In this document: piece by piece, positions 39,459 through 49,154 of the stretch
Layout: each line of letters starts with the position of its first letter
Numbering within the stretch: the stretch's first letter is position 1
From: a bacterium
GTDB lineage: Bacteria > Patescibacteriota > Microgenomatia > Woykebacterales > RBG-16-39-9b
NCBI GenBank assembly: GCA_030704665.1
Contig: JAUYID010000009.1
Location: 586,460 to 650,459, forward strand
Reading direction: 5' to 3'
DNA length: 64,000 nucleotides
Made by a program: the position numbers and the translations under genes
The notes under the pieces: model-generated
Database searches by the model: none
The model's input: the letters and a program-made list of their open reading frames with translations, nothing else
Told to the model about the DNA's origin: nothing

Positions 39459-40397
39459 TTACTGGCCTACCTCCATTGCTCGTAGAGCTTTGACTCTTTC
39501 TTCGATCGGTGGATGGGTGTTGAACAAACTGGCAAACCAACCGACTCCCCCACCGTGACCACCCTTCAAGGGGTTGACGATATAAAGATGGGCTGTACCT
39601 TTGTTGGCCACTTCAAGGGGTTCTTTGTCGCCAGAGATTTTGAGCAAGGCTTTGGCTAATCCCTCAGGATAGCGAGTCAGCAAAACCCCACTACTATCCG
39701 CCAAAAACTCCCTACGCCGGGAAATTGCCAGTTGAATCACTTGCGCGATTAGAGGGGAGAGAAGGGCCAAAATGATACCGACGACAAACAAGATAGCACC
39801 GACTCCGTTTCTTTCATCGTTGTTTCGGTGCTGACCCAACCAAGTCATTCTGAAAAAGACATCGGCAAGCAAAGCGACCAAACCGACCAGTATCGTCACT
39901 ACTGCCATCAAACGGGTGTCATAGTTGCCGACGTGAGACAGCTCGTGGGCCGCCACACCTTCAAGTTCTAGCTTATCAAGTTTTTGCAAAATTCCAGTAG
40001 TAAAACAAAGCACTGCATGCTTTGGATCCCTCCCAGTTGCAAAGGCATTGGGAGCGCTGTCCTCAATGGTGTAAATCTTCGGTTTTGGCAGCCCGGCAGC
40101 AATGCAGAGGTTTTCCACCACTCGATAAAGCTCGCGGTTGTTTTTCTCATCAACCGGGGTAGCCGCCGAAAGAGCTAGGATGATCTTGTCCGACCAGTAG
40201 TAGGAGGCAAAATTCATCACCCCAGCGATGATTAAAAAGATTCCGGTGAAGCCCAAGGCAGTTGGGTTGTCATAGCCCAAAGCTCGAGTCAATACAAAAG
40301 CGACAGCAACCACAAAAGTGGTAAAGAAAAGCATCAAAACCCAAGTTTTGCGTTTGTTGTTATCAATTTGATTGTAGGCGGTCAGAATTTGAGCCAT
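39459..40397 (-). CDS. htpX: M48 zinc metalloprotease HtpX
   Basis: PNAFATG, AHELSH, SRRREFLAD and THPPIEER. Confidence 0.93.
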   Translation of the reverse strand: MAQILTAYNQIDNNKRKTWVLMLFFTTFVVAVAFVLTRALGYDNPTALGFTGIFLIIAGVMNFASYYWSDKIILALSAATPVDEKNNRELYRVVENLCIAAGLPKPKIYTIEDSAPNAFATGRDPKHAVLCFTTGILQKLDKLELEGVAAHELSHVGNYDTRLMAVVTILVGLVALLADVFFRMTWLGQHRNNDERNGVGAILFVVGIILALLSPLIAQVIQLAISRRREFLADSSGVLLTRYPEGLAKALLKISGDKEPLEVANKGTAHLYIVNPLKGGHGGGVGWFASLFNTHPPIEERVKALRAMEVGQ

Positions 40398-40453
40398 AAT
40401 CTATACCTGCCCCTGTATATTTGGCCAGCAATTTAACCTCTTAGATCTATATT

Positions 40454-41005
40454 TCAGAACTTGACTGCAACAGGCTTCTTCTCTTCTTCAGAAGCTGCAA
40501 AGAATTCGGTGGTCTTAAATCCAAAGACCCCGGCGATTAGGACAGTTGGGAAAACTTGTGTCTTGGTGTTGTAATCAAGTACATTAGCGTTGTAGAACTG
40601 TCGGCTGGCAGCAATTTTCGTTTCTGTGTCTGAGAGTTCTTGCTGTAGTTCTTTAAAATTCTCAGAGGCCTTTAGTTCTGGGTAAGCCTCAGCGACGGCA
40701 AAAAGAGATTTCAAAGCTCCGGTCAACATGTTGCTTGCTTCCCCTGCCTCTTTGGGATTACCCGCACTCATCAAAGCACTTCTTGCTTTGGTTACATTTT
40801 CAAAAACTTCCTTTTCGTGCTTGGCGTAACCCTTCACGGTTTCAAGCAAATTAGGAATAAGGTCTGTTCTTCTTTTGAGCTGAACATCAATACCGCTATA
40901 GCTTTCAGTAACCCTGTTTCTGGCTACAATCAGGCTGTTGTAAGTCATCCAAAGAAAACCAACAACCAGTACTAAAACCCCTAAAATTATGTACGTAGTT
41001 AGCAT
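40454..41005 (-). CDS. lemA: LemA family protein
   Basis: [15 protein letters not shown] and [13 protein letters not shown]. Confidence 0.95.
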   Translation of the reverse strand: MLTTYIILGVLVLVVGFLWMTYNSLIVARNRVTESYSGIDVQLKRRTDLIPNLLETVKGYAKHEKEVFENVTKARSALMSAGNPKEAGEASNMLTGALKSLFAVAEAYPELKASENFKELQQELSDTETKIAASRQFYNANVLDYNTKTQVFPTVLIAGVFGFKTTEFFAASEEEKKPVAVKF

Positions 41006-41030
41006 TTCTTCCTCCTTAATTGAAGTTAAG

Positions 41031-42734
41031 CTATTTTATCCTTTTGAGTATACGCTTTATTTCAGGTAGTGACAAGGTGTTTATGATGTCTCCCTTTTCG
41101 CACCAACCGCGCCTAGCGACAGAAACTCCATATTCCATCAAGTTTAAGTGCGAGCTGTGGTGAGCATCGGTATCAATTGAAAATTTGACTCCGCTGTCCT
41201 TAGCCAACCTCACTAGGTTGTCAGGAAGATCCAGACGATTGGGAAAAGCGTTGATTTCAATGATTTTTCCCAGCTCCTGCGCCTTTTTAAAAATTATTTC
41301 CCATTCAGCCTCGATTCCTTCCCTTTCGAGAAGCATTCTTGCAGTTGGGTGACAGAGAATGTTCACCAGCGGGTGCTCCAAAGCAGTAATAATCCTTTCG
41401 GTCATTTCTTCTTTGGATTGGCGAAAAGCAGAATGAATAGAAACGAGAATGACCTCATGCATCTCCAAAATTGAATCAGGAACTTGTAGCGTCATATCAG
41501 CATTTATGTTTACTTCGAGTCCAGAAATTACTCTTATTCCTTTCACTGAACTATTTACCTGTTCTATTTCTTCAATACGTTTTTTAAAGTCAAGTAAATT
41601 TGGATAAGAATGATCTGACATAACCAGATACTCTCTGCCTAGTTCTTTGGCCTTTTTGGCCATAATTTCAATTACTTCTCGACCATCACTCCAAGTTGAG
41701 TGGCTATGTAAATCCCCTTTTATATCTTGCAATTCAACTAATTTTGGCAGTTTGTGTTCAAGCGCGGCTTCAATCTCACCTTGATCTTCTCGCAGTTCTG
41801 GAGCTGGGTAGTCCATTCCAAGCAAGTGGTAAACTTCTTCTTCTTTGGTGAACTTGTGCAGTTCGCCGGTTTTTACCTCTTTCGTACCGTTATCGGAAAC
41901 CGAGTAGCCTTTTTTGAGAGCCAAGGAACGCACTTTTATATTGTGATTTTTTCCACCCGTAAAGTGCTGCAAAAGGTTCCCATAAAGCTCAGGTGGTTGG
42001 ACCATGAGATCAACTCGGATACCGTTTTTTAAAGCAATAGTGCTAGTTTTATCTCCTGCCTCAACAACATGGGAGATGCCTGGTGTTTTGGCAAAATGAG
42101 CAACTACTTCTTCTGGTTTATTTGAGGCTACCGAAATATCAATATCTCCAACTGTAGCTAGCCTACGTCTTAAACTGCCGAGAGTATGGGCCTCTTTTAC
42201 CGAAGAGTGTTTTTTCAAATGCTCGATGACACCCTTAGCTATTTCCCCGGCCACCGGAAGAAGAATTCGATCACTCTTGCGTTTGTACTCCTCAACTCCC
42301 CGAAGAAGGTTGGCCAAGGATTTGCCGCTAAACTCTTTCACGAGTTTGTCTTTTTTAATTTTTTCTTCCAAATCATTGATGTCTTCGACCTTTGCTTCGG
42401 CTATTTTGAGCGCAGTTTTTGGCCCAACTCCCGGAATCTTTAGAAACTCAAAGAGGTTAGGTGGAACACCTTTGGAAACTTGCTCAAAGTGCTTGACTTT
42501 TCCCGTACTGAAAAGTTCATTGAGATAGCCGCGCAAACTTTTCCCCAAACCTGGGACATCATCGAGCTGAGCGGTTTCCCAAAGGTCCTTGATCTCAGAA
42601 TTGGTATGCTCCACACTATCAGCCGCCAAATCATAAGCCCGAATTTGGAAAGAATTCATATTTTTGATTTGATAGACAGCAGAAATATTGCGAAAAAGAT
42701 CAGCAACTTCTTTGTTGGAAAAATTGTAGGACAT
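41031..42734 (-). CDS. polX: DNA polymerase X/PHP domain protein
   Basis: [22 protein letters not shown] and DTDAH. Confidence 0.93.
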   Translation of the reverse strand: MSYNFSNKEVADLFRNISAVYQIKNMNSFQIRAYDLAADSVEHTNSEIKDLWETAQLDDVPGLGKSLRGYLNELFSTGKVKHFEQVSKGVPPNLFEFLKIPGVGPKTALKIAEAKVEDINDLEEKIKKDKLVKEFSGKSLANLLRGVEEYKRKSDRILLPVAGEIAKGVIEHLKKHSSVKEAHTLGSLRRRLATVGDIDISVASNKPEEVVAHFAKTPGISHVVEAGDKTSTIALKNGIRVDLMVQPPELYGNLLQHFTGGKNHNIKVRSLALKKGYSVSDNGTKEVKTGELHKFTKEEEVYHLLGMDYPAPELREDQGEIEAALEHKLPKLVELQDIKGDLHSHSTWSDGREVIEIMAKKAKELGREYLVMSDHSYPNLLDFKKRIEEIEQVNSSVKGIRVISGLEVNINADMTLQVPDSILEMHEVILVSIHSAFRQSKEEMTERIITALEHPLVNILCHPTARMLLEREGIEAEWEIIFKKAQELGKIIEINAFPNRLDLPDNLVRLAKDSGVKFSIDTDAHHSSHLNLMEYGVSVARRGWCEKGDIINTLSLPEIKRILKRIK

Positions 42735-42833
42735 TTAAATTGATTTTAACAAAAGTTGAAGAGGAAATCCCGCGCAGTCGTCGCAAGTTGTTGTGCGCAA
42801 CATGTAACGACCACGCGGCTCTCCTTCCCCTGC

Positions 42834-43466
42834 CTATCTCACCCGTTTATGGAGCTCTTCGTCGACACGGACAGCTCCATTCTCGTCAGTGTAGAACAAA
42901 CGCACGAAAGGCACCCCAGACTCCCTGATTCTATCCCCTCCCCGCTCGTGGCGTTCAACTACAGTAGCCACACCAACCACCTCAGCTCCTTCTCCTCGTA
43001 CTATTTCTGCGGTATAGAGCAAGGAAGAGGCGGTTGTGACCGTATCTTCGATCAAGACGACCCGACAACCGGGACGCAAAAGTGGTCCGCCGTCGTCAGC
43101 CACCGAAGCCGAGATCGTCTTCTCTTCCTTAAGACCGTGGGTTTTACTCTCTCGACGCACGAAAAAGCTGGGAATGACCGCACCCATGTCACGAGCCGCA
43201 GCAGTAAGTGCGGCGGTAACTGGAATTGCCCCTGACTCTTTACCACCGACGGCGTCTGGCCGCATCCTTATCACCGCTGGGGCTAGCAGTTTGCCAATGC
43301 TTGAGGCAAAGTTTGGGTGCAGACTGAGCAGTCGCAGGTTGCAGTAATAGTTGCTTTCTACCGCAGTCAAGCGAATTGGACTGTCGTGGTGGCTAATCGC
43401 AAACCTCTGAATGCTCTCCCGCAACATCTCGACTTCAAAAGCATCAACTCCCCACTGAATCGGCAT
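42834..43466 (-). CDS. pyrE: Orotate phosphoribosyltransferase
   Basis: VRRESKTHG and PRPP loop VLIEDTVTTASS; adjacent to pyrF. Confidence 0.88.
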   Translation of the reverse strand: MPIQWGVDAFEVEMLRESIQRFAISHHDSPIRLTAVESNYYCNLRLLSLHPNFASSIGKLLAPAVIRMRPDAVGGKESGAIPVTAALTAAARDMGAVIPSFFVRRESKTHGLKEEKTISASVADDGGPLLRPGCRVVLIEDTVTTASSLLYTAEIVRGEGAEVVGVATVVERHERGGDRIRESGVPFVRLFYTDENGAVRVDEELHKRVR

Positions 43467-43503
43467 TTCACTCTCTCCTCAATAAGGCAAGGTTGCCTCC
43501 TCC

Positions 43504-44427
43504 TCAGGTCGACGAACCGAGAGATACCAAAGCCGCGTGGGCACTTCTGATCCTCTCGATCTCCGACGAGTAGAACTCCGCCGCCCGCGCTGCCGCCTCG
43601 GCGAAATTCGCCGGGTCCGCCTTGAACTGGTCGCTCAGGTAGGCGTAGAGCACAGCGCTGCTCACATTGACGACGAAGTCAGCAGGTAGGTCAGTACTGA
43701 ACGCGCCCTCGACCGCTCTCTCAAGGTCGCCTCCTTGCGCACCGACACCAGGGATAAGGAACGGCAGTTGTGGTGCAATCTTGCGAACCTGCGCCAACTC
43801 CTCCGGATAGGTCGCCCCGACCACTAGACCACAGTTGCCGGTACCATTCCACCCAGTGGCAACCTTGTGAGCTACCACCTGATAGAGTGGCACGATCTGC
43901 TGACCAGGTATCTTCTGCTCGACTCCTGAAATCAGAGAATCCCCGGTGAGAATGCAGGGTAGGTCCTGGAATTCGGGCGCTCCTGGGTTGGTTGTGCGGC
44001 AGAGCACGTAGAAGCCACGGTCATCGCAGTCTGTAAAGACTTGTCCCGCGCCCTTCCACCCCAGGTAGTTGTGGAGAGTAACGGCATCGAAACCGAGCTG
44101 GCCGAAGAGGGCTTCGACGTAGGCCCTGTTGGTATTGCCGATGTCGCCACGTTTGGCGTCGCCGATAATTGGCATCTCTGAATCGAGGCGGTGAATCTCG
44201 TCGATAACAGACTTCAGCGTTGGCCAACCAGATTCTCCGAGGGCCTCGAAGAAGGCGACGTTGACCTTGAAGACTGCTGCGTGACGAACAGTCGCACGGA
44301 CGATCCTGAGACAGAAGTCGCCAACACTGACTCCCTCAGGGATCTTCTTCGTGTCAGGATCAACCCCAACACAGAGACGTTTGCCAACCTCCGCTTTGGC
44401 TGCCAGTTTCTGAAGATAACTACTCAC
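43504..44427 (-). CDS. pyrF: Orotidine-5'-phosphate decarboxylase (type 2)
   Basis: LCVGVDP, DAKRGDIGNT, GLVVGAT and LIPGVGAQGG; GTG 44427 with AGGAG upstream. Confidence 0.95.
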   Translation of the reverse strand: MSSYLQKLAAKAEVGKRLCVGVDPDTKKIPEGVSVGDFCLRIVRATVRHAAVFKVNVAFFEALGESGWPTLKSVIDEIHRLDSEMPIIGDAKRGDIGNTNRAYVEALFGQLGFDAVTLHNYLGWKGAGQVFTDCDDRGFYVLCRTTNPGAPEFQDLPCILTGDSLISGVEQKIPGQQIVPLYQVVAHKVATGWNGTGNCGLVVGATYPEELAQVRKIAPQLPFLIPGVGAQGGDLERAVEGAFSTDLPADFVVNVSSAVLYAYLSDQFKADPANFAEAAARAAEFYSSEIERIRSAHAALVSLGSST

Positions 44428-44549
44428 TGTCTTCCAAACTCCTACTAGCCGCTTACGCAGCTGCCTACCGATCAACTATTCAGTTGTCGTGTTCACAAAG
44501 GATTATACAAACAGACTATGAGATAAAAAAGAGGGGAAATTTGTTTAAA

Positions 44550-44625
44550 TGGCGGGCCCGACCGGGTTCGAACCGGCGATCTCCTCTTCGACAGAGAGGC
44601 ATGTTAACCGCTACACCACGGGCCC
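44550..44625 (-). tRNA. tRNA-Asp(GTC)
   Basis: Anticodon arm CCTCT-CTGTCGA-AGAGG; encoded CCA. Confidence 0.97.
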
Positions 44626-44666
44626 ACTAAGTTAAATGGCAAAACTTTCTTAAACTTTTAACGAAC

Positions 44667-44717
44667 GGGCGAGCTCTTCACTGGTGCAGAGTGCGAAACG
44701 AGCTACACCAGAGGCCC
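44667..44717 (-). repeat. tRNA-Asp 5'-end copy forming a hairpin
   Basis: GGGCCTCTGGTGTAGC versus tRNA GGGCCCGTGGTGTAGC (14/16); antisense arm CTGCACCAG...GCCC. Confidence 0.75.
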
Positions 44718-44900
44718 TTGCAAGGTGCCTAGTTTAACAAATCGTCAACCGTCAGTCAATTTACCTAGTTGACAAGGTCTTGAATTTTATGTTTACTAAA
44801 AGACAGCACGAAAGAACAGAAGTTTGTTTTTGCCCACGGTCCTTTTTCTGCCAAGTCAGCCCAACTTAAATTTTAACTATTCTCGGAGGTATTAAAACGT

Positions 44901-45464
44901 ATGGATTTGATGAAGTTTTTTAAGGAAAGACAGTCTGCTTTAGCTTCAGGTCTGGCCGCAATTATCATTATCGTGGTTGGGATTTTTCTCTTCAATGCTA
45001 ATACAGGCAAAATCACGGACAAAGAAAAAACTCCGGAAACAACCAGTACCAAAACTGAAAACAAATCAAACTCAAACCAAGAAGGAAACCGAGATGGGAA
45101 AGGCAAAAAAACTGTCACTTATCATGTCAATTCTGGCGACAGTCTTTCTTCTATTGCCAAGAGTTTCTACGGTGACGGTAACAAATGGACTCTCCTCGCC
45201 AAGACCAACAAACTAGCCAATCCAAGTGTAATTCACGTGGGAAATGTTTTGACTATCCCCAGCGCTTCAGCAGCAATAGCAGCAGTGCCACAAACCTACA
45301 CCGTGGTCCGCGGTGACAATCTTTGGGATCTGGCAAGCCGCTTCTATGGAAGTGGTTACCAATGGTTCAAGATTCGCGATGCCAACAAAGACAAGGTTGG
45401 GACCCTAGCCAACGGTCGACCTCTGATCACACCCGGTCTGGCTCTGAAAATTCCCGCTAACTGA
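44901..45464 (+). CDS. Membrane-anchored protein with two LysM domains
   Basis: YHVNSGDSLSSIA and YTVVRGDNLWDLA. Confidence 0.92.
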   Translation: MDLMKFFKERQSALASGLAAIIIIVVGIFLFNANTGKITDKEKTPETTSTKTENKSNSNQEGNRDGKGKKTVTYHVNSGDSLSSIAKSFYGDGNKWTLLAKTNKLANPSVIHVGNVLTIPSASAAIAAVPQTYTVVRGDNLWDLASRFYGSGYQWFKIRDANKDKVGTLANGRPLITPGLALKIPAN

Positions 45465-45521
45465 TATTCTAGTTGAAGCTAGAAGCAAAAAGCTGTAAAC
45501 TTGTTAGAGACTTTTAATCTA

Positions 45522-45602
45522 GCGAGGCTAGTTCAGCGTCTGCGGGAGTAGTTCAGCGGTAGGCTAGTCTAAAGACTGGTCCTACCGCTTCCTACTCACG
45601 CA
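45522..45602 (+). repeat. Two tRNA-Gly 5'-end copies plus antisense hairpin
   Basis: GCGGGAGTAGTTCAGCGGTAG (45542-45562) exact; degenerate copy at 45522-45538; arm CCTACCGCTTCCTACTCACGCA. Confidence 0.9.
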
Positions 45603-45612
45603 AACCTTGTCT

Positions 45613-45687
45613 GCGGGAGTAGTTCAGCGGTAGAATGCTTCCTTCCCAAGGAAGAGGTCGCCGGTTCGAATCCGGTCTCCCGCTCCA
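45613..45687 (+). tRNA. tRNA-Gly(CCC)
   Basis: Anticodon arm CTTCC-TTCCCAA-GGAAG; encoded CCA. Confidence 0.97.
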
Positions 45688-45703
45688 AGGCTCCTTGATC
45701 AAA

Positions 45704-46957
45704 ATGAAAGAATCTGCTCAAACTGAAATAGTGATCTTAGGAGGCGGCTTTGGCGGTGTGATCACTGCCAAATACTTACTGCGCAAACTTCTTTCTGGCT
45801 TTCACATTACCTTAGTGGACAAACACGAATATCAGGATTTCCACGCTGATCTTTATGAAGTTGCTAGTTCCTGGATCGAGGAAGACCATCGTGGCAAACA
45901 CGATTATCACGATATAGTTGGAACTGTCAGCTTACCTTACAAGGACATTTTCTCTGACAACAAAAATATCACAACCTTGGCTGATGAAGTAGTTGAAATT
46001 GACTTAAAGAGACGGAAAGTTAAACTCTCTTCGGAGAAAATTCTTGACTATAATTATTTAGTAGTGGCTCTTGGTTCGGAATCGAATTTTTTTGGAATCC
46101 CAAACCTAGAGGAACATTCCTTTGCCCTCAAATCAGTCGATGATGCCATGAATCTTCGTAACGAGATCGAAGAAAGGTTTTTTGATCCCAACCCCGAACT
46201 TAATATTCTCATCGGTGGTGGGGGTTTTACTGGAGTTGAACTGGCAGCAGAACTGACCAATTTTATTGGTAAAATCTGCAAAAATAAGAACCTGCCTCAA
46301 ACCGGTGTCACAATCACTATTCTTGAGGCAACTGAGGGCCTTCTCGGAGGTGCAGAAGACTGGTCGAAAAAACTAACTCAAAAGCGTCTGGAAAAACTTG
46401 GTGTCAAGGTCAGGCTAAATTCACCAATTAAAAACGTAACAAAAACCCATGTGGAACTTGCTAACCAAGAAAAGCTTAGTTACGACATTCTGGTTTGGAC
46501 TGCCGGAGTGAAGGGAAATCACATTTTAGCCAAAACCGAAGGCTTTGAGATCACAAAAATGGGTTCAATTGTGGTTGATAAGTATCTGAAAGCAAAAAAT
46601 CTCGACAATGTTTTCGCTCTCGGGGATGCAGCAACTTATTTTGAAGAAAACAGCAAACCTGCTCCCCCAACTGCCCAAAAGGCAATCCACGAGGGCAAAC
46701 TAGTTGCCAGCAACTTAGCAAACCAACTTCTTGATTACCCACTACTGCCTTACAAAAGCAAAAAACCTACTTTTATGATTCCTTTGGGTGGGAAATACGC
46801 ACTTGGAAAAATCGGTCCGGTGAAATTCACAGGTTTGGCTGGTTGGATCGTCCGAGAACTCATTGCTTTACGCTATTTTTCTACTATCTTACCTTTCTCA
46901 GTAGCCTTTGACCTTTGGCTTGATGGCGTCCGGGTCTTTGAACGTAATGACAGCTAA
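45704..46957 (+). CDS. ndh: Type II NADH dehydrogenase-like FAD oxidoreductase
   Basis: GGGFGG, GGGGFTGVELAAEL, VWTAGV, FALGD and PPTAQ. Confidence 0.85.
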   Translation: MKESAQTEIVILGGGFGGVITAKYLLRKLLSGFHITLVDKHEYQDFHADLYEVASSWIEEDHRGKHDYHDIVGTVSLPYKDIFSDNKNITTLADEVVEIDLKRRKVKLSSEKILDYNYLVVALGSESNFFGIPNLEEHSFALKSVDDAMNLRNEIEERFFDPNPELNILIGGGGFTGVELAAELTNFIGKICKNKNLPQTGVTITILEATEGLLGGAEDWSKKLTQKRLEKLGVKVRLNSPIKNVTKTHVELANQEKLSYDILVWTAGVKGNHILAKTEGFEITKMGSIVVDKYLKAKNLDNVFALGDAATYFEENSKPAPPTAQKAIHEGKLVASNLANQLLDYPLLPYKSKKPTFMIPLGGKYALGKIGPVKFTGLAGWIVRELIALRYFSTILPFSVAFDLWLDGVRVFERNDS

Positions 46958-47003
46958 GGTATAATGTTCCCACTTAAAAACCTAATTTAACTGTGATATT
47001 ATC

Positions 47004-47039
47004 CCGATGTAGGAACCTGAGATTCAGAACCCTGCGTCG
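47004..47039 (+). repeat. tRNA-Thr 5'-end mimic hairpin
   Basis: CCGATGTAG matches tRNA nt 2-10; inner CTGA-GAT-TCAG; arm CCTGCGTCG. Confidence 0.6.
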
Positions 47040-47048
47040 TCAACTCTT

Positions 47049-47123
47049 GCCGATGTAGCTCAGTGGTAGAGCAACGCTTTCGTAAAGCGTGGGTCAGAGG
47101 TTCAAATCCTCTCATCGGCTCCA
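47049..47123 (+). tRNA. tRNA-Thr(CGT)
   Basis: Anticodon arm ACGCT-TTCGTAA-AGCGT; encoded CCA. Confidence 0.97.
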
Positions 47124-47131
47124 AGGCTCAA

Positions 47132-47914
47132 ATGAAGAAAAGAAGTGCCATTCCTCAATACACCTATCGTCAGTCCTCCAAGGCTGAAGAAAAAATCATT
47201 TATCAACGCATTGCCCTAGTTTGCGCCGCTACTCTAGTAATTCTTTTGATTATTTACTTCTGGGGACTGAGTTTTATTAATGTCTTGAGTTTACTTGGAG
47301 GTAGTGGTAGTACCTCTACAACTGAGTCGAAGACGAACAATCAGTTTGTCGTTCCCCTCCACAAACCAGAATTTAACCCTTTGCAATCCCCTACCAATAC
47401 TCAAAAAATTGACGTCACCGGTACCACAACTCCGGATGCCCAACTCAGCATCAGTATCAACGGAAAAGAGTTGGGAGAAACACAAACAGCCGACAAAAGT
47501 GGCTACTTTAAATTTTCCTCTGTTTCACTCCGAGATGGCATCAACCAAATCAAGGTAACTGCCACTGATTCAAGCGCTACTGTAGAAAGCGCAAGTATCA
47601 ATGTTGTACTAGACACAACTGCTCCCAATCTTTCAATTGGCAAACCGGCAAACAACGAGAGCTTTGATGAGGGGACGAAAACAGTCACGGTCTCAGGAAC
47701 CACCTCTGATCCTGATGGTCTGGTTTATATAAACTCTATTCAAGCAATTCTAAACCCAAAAACAGGTAATTTTAGCTACAAGCTAGCTGTGACAACCGGA
47801 CAAAATCAGATTGAAATAAAAGCTTCTGATGCAGCGGGAAATAGTGTTACTCAAAAAAGAACGATCACTGTCCAGAGTTCAACTTCTACCCCGACGGGCT
47901 ACTACGAGCCTTAG
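47132..47914 (+). CDS. Membrane-anchored bacterial Ig-like domain protein
   Basis: TM helix; LRDGINQIKVTATD, DTTAP and ASDAAGN repeats. Confidence 0.8.
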   Translation: MKKRSAIPQYTYRQSSKAEEKIIYQRIALVCAATLVILLIIYFWGLSFINVLSLLGGSGSTSTTESKTNNQFVVPLHKPEFNPLQSPTNTQKIDVTGTTTPDAQLSISINGKELGETQTADKSGYFKFSSVSLRDGINQIKVTATDSSATVESASINVVLDTTAPNLSIGKPANNESFDEGTKTVTVSGTTSDPDGLVYINSIQAILNPKTGNFSYKLAVTTGQNQIEIKASDAAGNSVTQKRTITVQSSTSTPTGYYEP

Positions 47915-49154
47915 TCAAGAAAACCCCAAAGGCCAAAAGCAACCAAAACTGGGCTGAAAGATCGTTCTTAAAAAAAGGTACATCTACCAAACCGTGGGTG
48001 TAGATGACCACAAAGCTTGCACAGAGAAAAATCCGCAAGAAAACCCCTTCCCTATATCTAAGAAGCTCAAAAACCAGAAGCAAAGTGACCCACAAAAAGG
48101 CCAGCAAACCAACCAAACCAATCTGAGTCCAAAAATTTAGGAAAATATTGTGAGGATACTCATTTTTCTCTCGATTACAAGTAGCATATTTCGGATACTC
48201 AAGGCGGAAAGCATCTAAGCCACTGCCTTGTAGGGGTCTGTCAGCCAATAATTTCTTAGTCCCGTCCCAAAAACACAATCTTGATTCGACAGAATTTCGT
48301 ATTTTTCCTTCCGGCAAAAGGAGGTTTAAGTTTAAAAAGAAAGTCGCGATGCCAACAAACAAGAAAACTGTGACCGCCAAATAAATTTTAGGAAAGCGGT
48401 TTTTGCGAAAAATTGCTTTCCCGAAAATCCAATAGAGAAATAGGAACAAGCCGGCAAGCGGCAGCGCCAACAAAGCTCCTCTTGATCCTGAAACCCAAAT
48501 ACCCAGAAAAAGGTTCGGCACAATGATGAGGAGCACTTTCCAAAGTGACGACTTGTGAAACCTCTTAAACTCAAGAAAAAACCAACCTACAGTCAAGGGA
48601 ACAAGCGGCCCGACAAACAAGCCCACTGCGTTCGAAGTGGTGTAAACTGCGCTGACACGATCGCGCAGCAGCTCTTGAGGAGCAAAAGGGTTGGACTGGC
48701 TTAGCCACTGCCAAACCGAAAGCCCCGCAACCCAAGTCGCGGCCAAAACCAAACCCAAAAGAAAAAGCCGAAACTTCTTGGTCAAGAGGAGATAATCAAG
48801 GCTGACCAGATAGAGAAAAAAACCTTCAAGAAAGTAGGCTTTAAATACCCCCAAACCGCCTCGTAAATCAGCTGAAATCAGCGCTCCAACCAAAGCTGAC
48901 AAGAGGAAGACCCCGAGAGGCAGAAATATAGGCCCTTGAAGCCTCTGTAAGAGCTTCTGCCAACTGTCGGTTCCGGCAGACATCTCTTTGTACTTCCAAA
49001 CGATCCAAGAAACGAAGGTGGCCAAAATAAAAACTTCCAACAAAGTAAAAGGTAGTGGAGAAAAAGTCTGACAAAAATCAAAGTTTTTGCACCGCACGAT
49101 GTAGAGCGGCAAAGAAAGTGAGGTAAAAAATAAAAGCCACTTAGTTGTCTTCAT
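47886..49154 (-). CDS. O-antigen ligase/Wzy-like protein
   Basis: Polytopic; SGSRGA, PLQGSG and YPHNIFLNFW. Confidence 0.88.
   Translation of the reverse strand: MKTTKWLLFFTSLSLPLYIVRCKNFDFCQTFSPLPFTLLEVFILATFVSWIVWKYKEMSAGTDSWQKLLQRLQGPIFLPLGVFLLSALVGALISADLRGGLGVFKAYFLEGFFLYLVSLDYLLLTKKFRLFLLGLVLAATWVAGLSVWQWLSQSNPFAPQELLRDRVSAVYTTSNAVGLFVGPLVPLTVGWFFLEFKRFHKSSLWKVLLIIVPNLFLGIWVSGSRGALLALPLAGLFLFLYWIFGKAIFRKNRFPKIYLAVTVFLFVGIATFFLNLNLLLPEGKIRNSVESRLCFWDGTKKLLADRPLQGSGLDAFRLEYPKYATCNREKNEYPHNIFLNFWTQIGLVGLLAFLWVTLLLVFELLRYREGVFLRIFLCASFVVIYTHGLVDVPFFKNDLSAQFWLLLAFGVFLTKARSSPSG

Noticed and set aside
40398-40453. Terminus-copy unit between lemA and htpX
   Set aside because: Only a 7-nt TATAGAT repeat and a weak stem, indistinguishable from chance.
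44800-44890. Cyclic-dinucleotide riboswitch before the LysM gene
   Set aside because: There is a long leader but no recognisable c-di-GMP or c-di-AMP consensus.
45635-47131. ORF-track N-terminal extensions at 45635 and 47063
   Set aside because: They run through tRNA-Gly and tRNA-Thr; the real starts are 45704 and 47132.
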